Shown: piece after piece, positions 63,229 through 64,000 of the stretch
Numbering within the stretch: the first letter of the stretch is position 1
Layout: each line of letters begins with the position of its first letter
NCBI GenBank assembly: GCA_030390025.1
Contig: JASTWF010000034.1
Span: 5,394,001-5,458,000, forward strand
DNA: 64,000 nt
Reading direction: 5' to 3'
Origin: Squalus acanthias
Lineage: Eukaryota
Made by a program: the position numbers and the translations under genes
Notes under the pieces: model-generated
Told to the model about the DNA's origin: nothing
Databases searched by the model: none
What the model saw: the letters and a program-made list of their open reading frames with translations, nothing else

Positions 63229-64000
63229 TCCCCGGGGTGTGTCCGATCTTGGACTCGGGCGTTTGGCCAGTCCCCGGGTCTGTGTCCGATCATGGCCTCC
63301 GGCGTTTGACCAGTCCCCGGGGTGTTTCCGATCATGGACTCGTGCGTTTTACCAGTCCCCGGGGTGTGTCCGATCATGGCCTCCGGCGTTTGACAAGTCC
63401 CCGGGGTGTGTCGGATCATGGACTCGGGCGTTTGACCAGTGTCCGGAGCTGTGTCCGATCATTGACTCGGGCGTTTCACCATACCCGGGGTGCATCCAAT
63501 CATGGACTCGGCTGTTTGACCAGTCCCCAGAGTGTCTCCGATCATGGAGTCCGGCGTTTGACCAGTCCCCTGTGTGTCTGATCATGGACTCGGGCGTTTG
63601 ACCAGTCCCCTGTGTGTCTGATCATGGACTCGGGCGTTTGACCAGTCCCCTGTGTGTCTGATCATGGACTCGGGCGTTTGCCCAGTCCCCTGTGTGTCCG
63701 ATCATGGACTCGGGCGTTTGACCAGTCCCCAGGATGTGTCTGATCATGGACTCAGCCGTTTGACTTGTCCCAGTGATGTGTCTGATCACGGAGCCGTGGG
63801 TTTGACCGGTCGTGCTGGTGTGTCCATTCACAGACCCGGGGTTTGACCAGTCCCGGGAGTTTGACCTGTCTCGGGGTTGTGTCCGATTACGGACACGGGT
63901 GTTTGAGCGGTCCCAGTGTATTTGTCCGGTCGCAGGACCTGGGTGTTGGACCGGTCCGAGGAGTGTGTCCGATCATGGTACCAGTGGCTGACCAGGCCCG
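63229..64000 (-). repeat. SatA' block (four 40-bp units at 63559-63718) plus cassette entry flank; runs off the window end
   Basis: Near-identical to 60651-61620 apart from the 40-bp copy number. Confidence 0.9.

Overview
This window is almost entirely eukaryotic satellite DNA. CpG-decay variants suggest a CpG-methylating, probably vertebrate, host. I find no credible protein-coding gene, RNA gene, CRISPR array or transposon, and the ORF track is just translation of the repeats. Layout: (i) 1-16730 is a GC-rich 42-bp satellite ('SatA', consensus CCCCCGGCTCTGTGATCAGACACACCCCCGGGACCAGTCAAA, built from an 18-bp and a 24-bp module) with kb-scale higher-order duplications and two copies of a ~1.1-kb degenerate cassette containing a variant monomer (SatA', GAGTCCATGATC). 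(ii) 16731-17230 is a 500-N scaffold gap. (iii) 17231-~49380 is the same SatA in the opposite orientation, mostly near-consensus with many homopolymer indels (probably collapsed or low-quality assembly), with islands matching diagnostic variants of the left array. (iv) 49561-60650 and 61951-63228 are a second, 46/44-bp GT-rich satellite ('SatB'). (v) Two further minus-strand copies of the cassette 5' half and SatA' lie at 60651-61950 and 63229-64000. The most notable observation is that the 11-kb SatB array sits inside the cassette, replacing about one SatA' monomer. The uninterrupted 'empty' cassette is present twice on the left, and the SatB monomer shares collinear motifs with SatA'. This suggests a satellite born or inserted within another satellite. 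All alignments were done by eye and boundaries are approximate.
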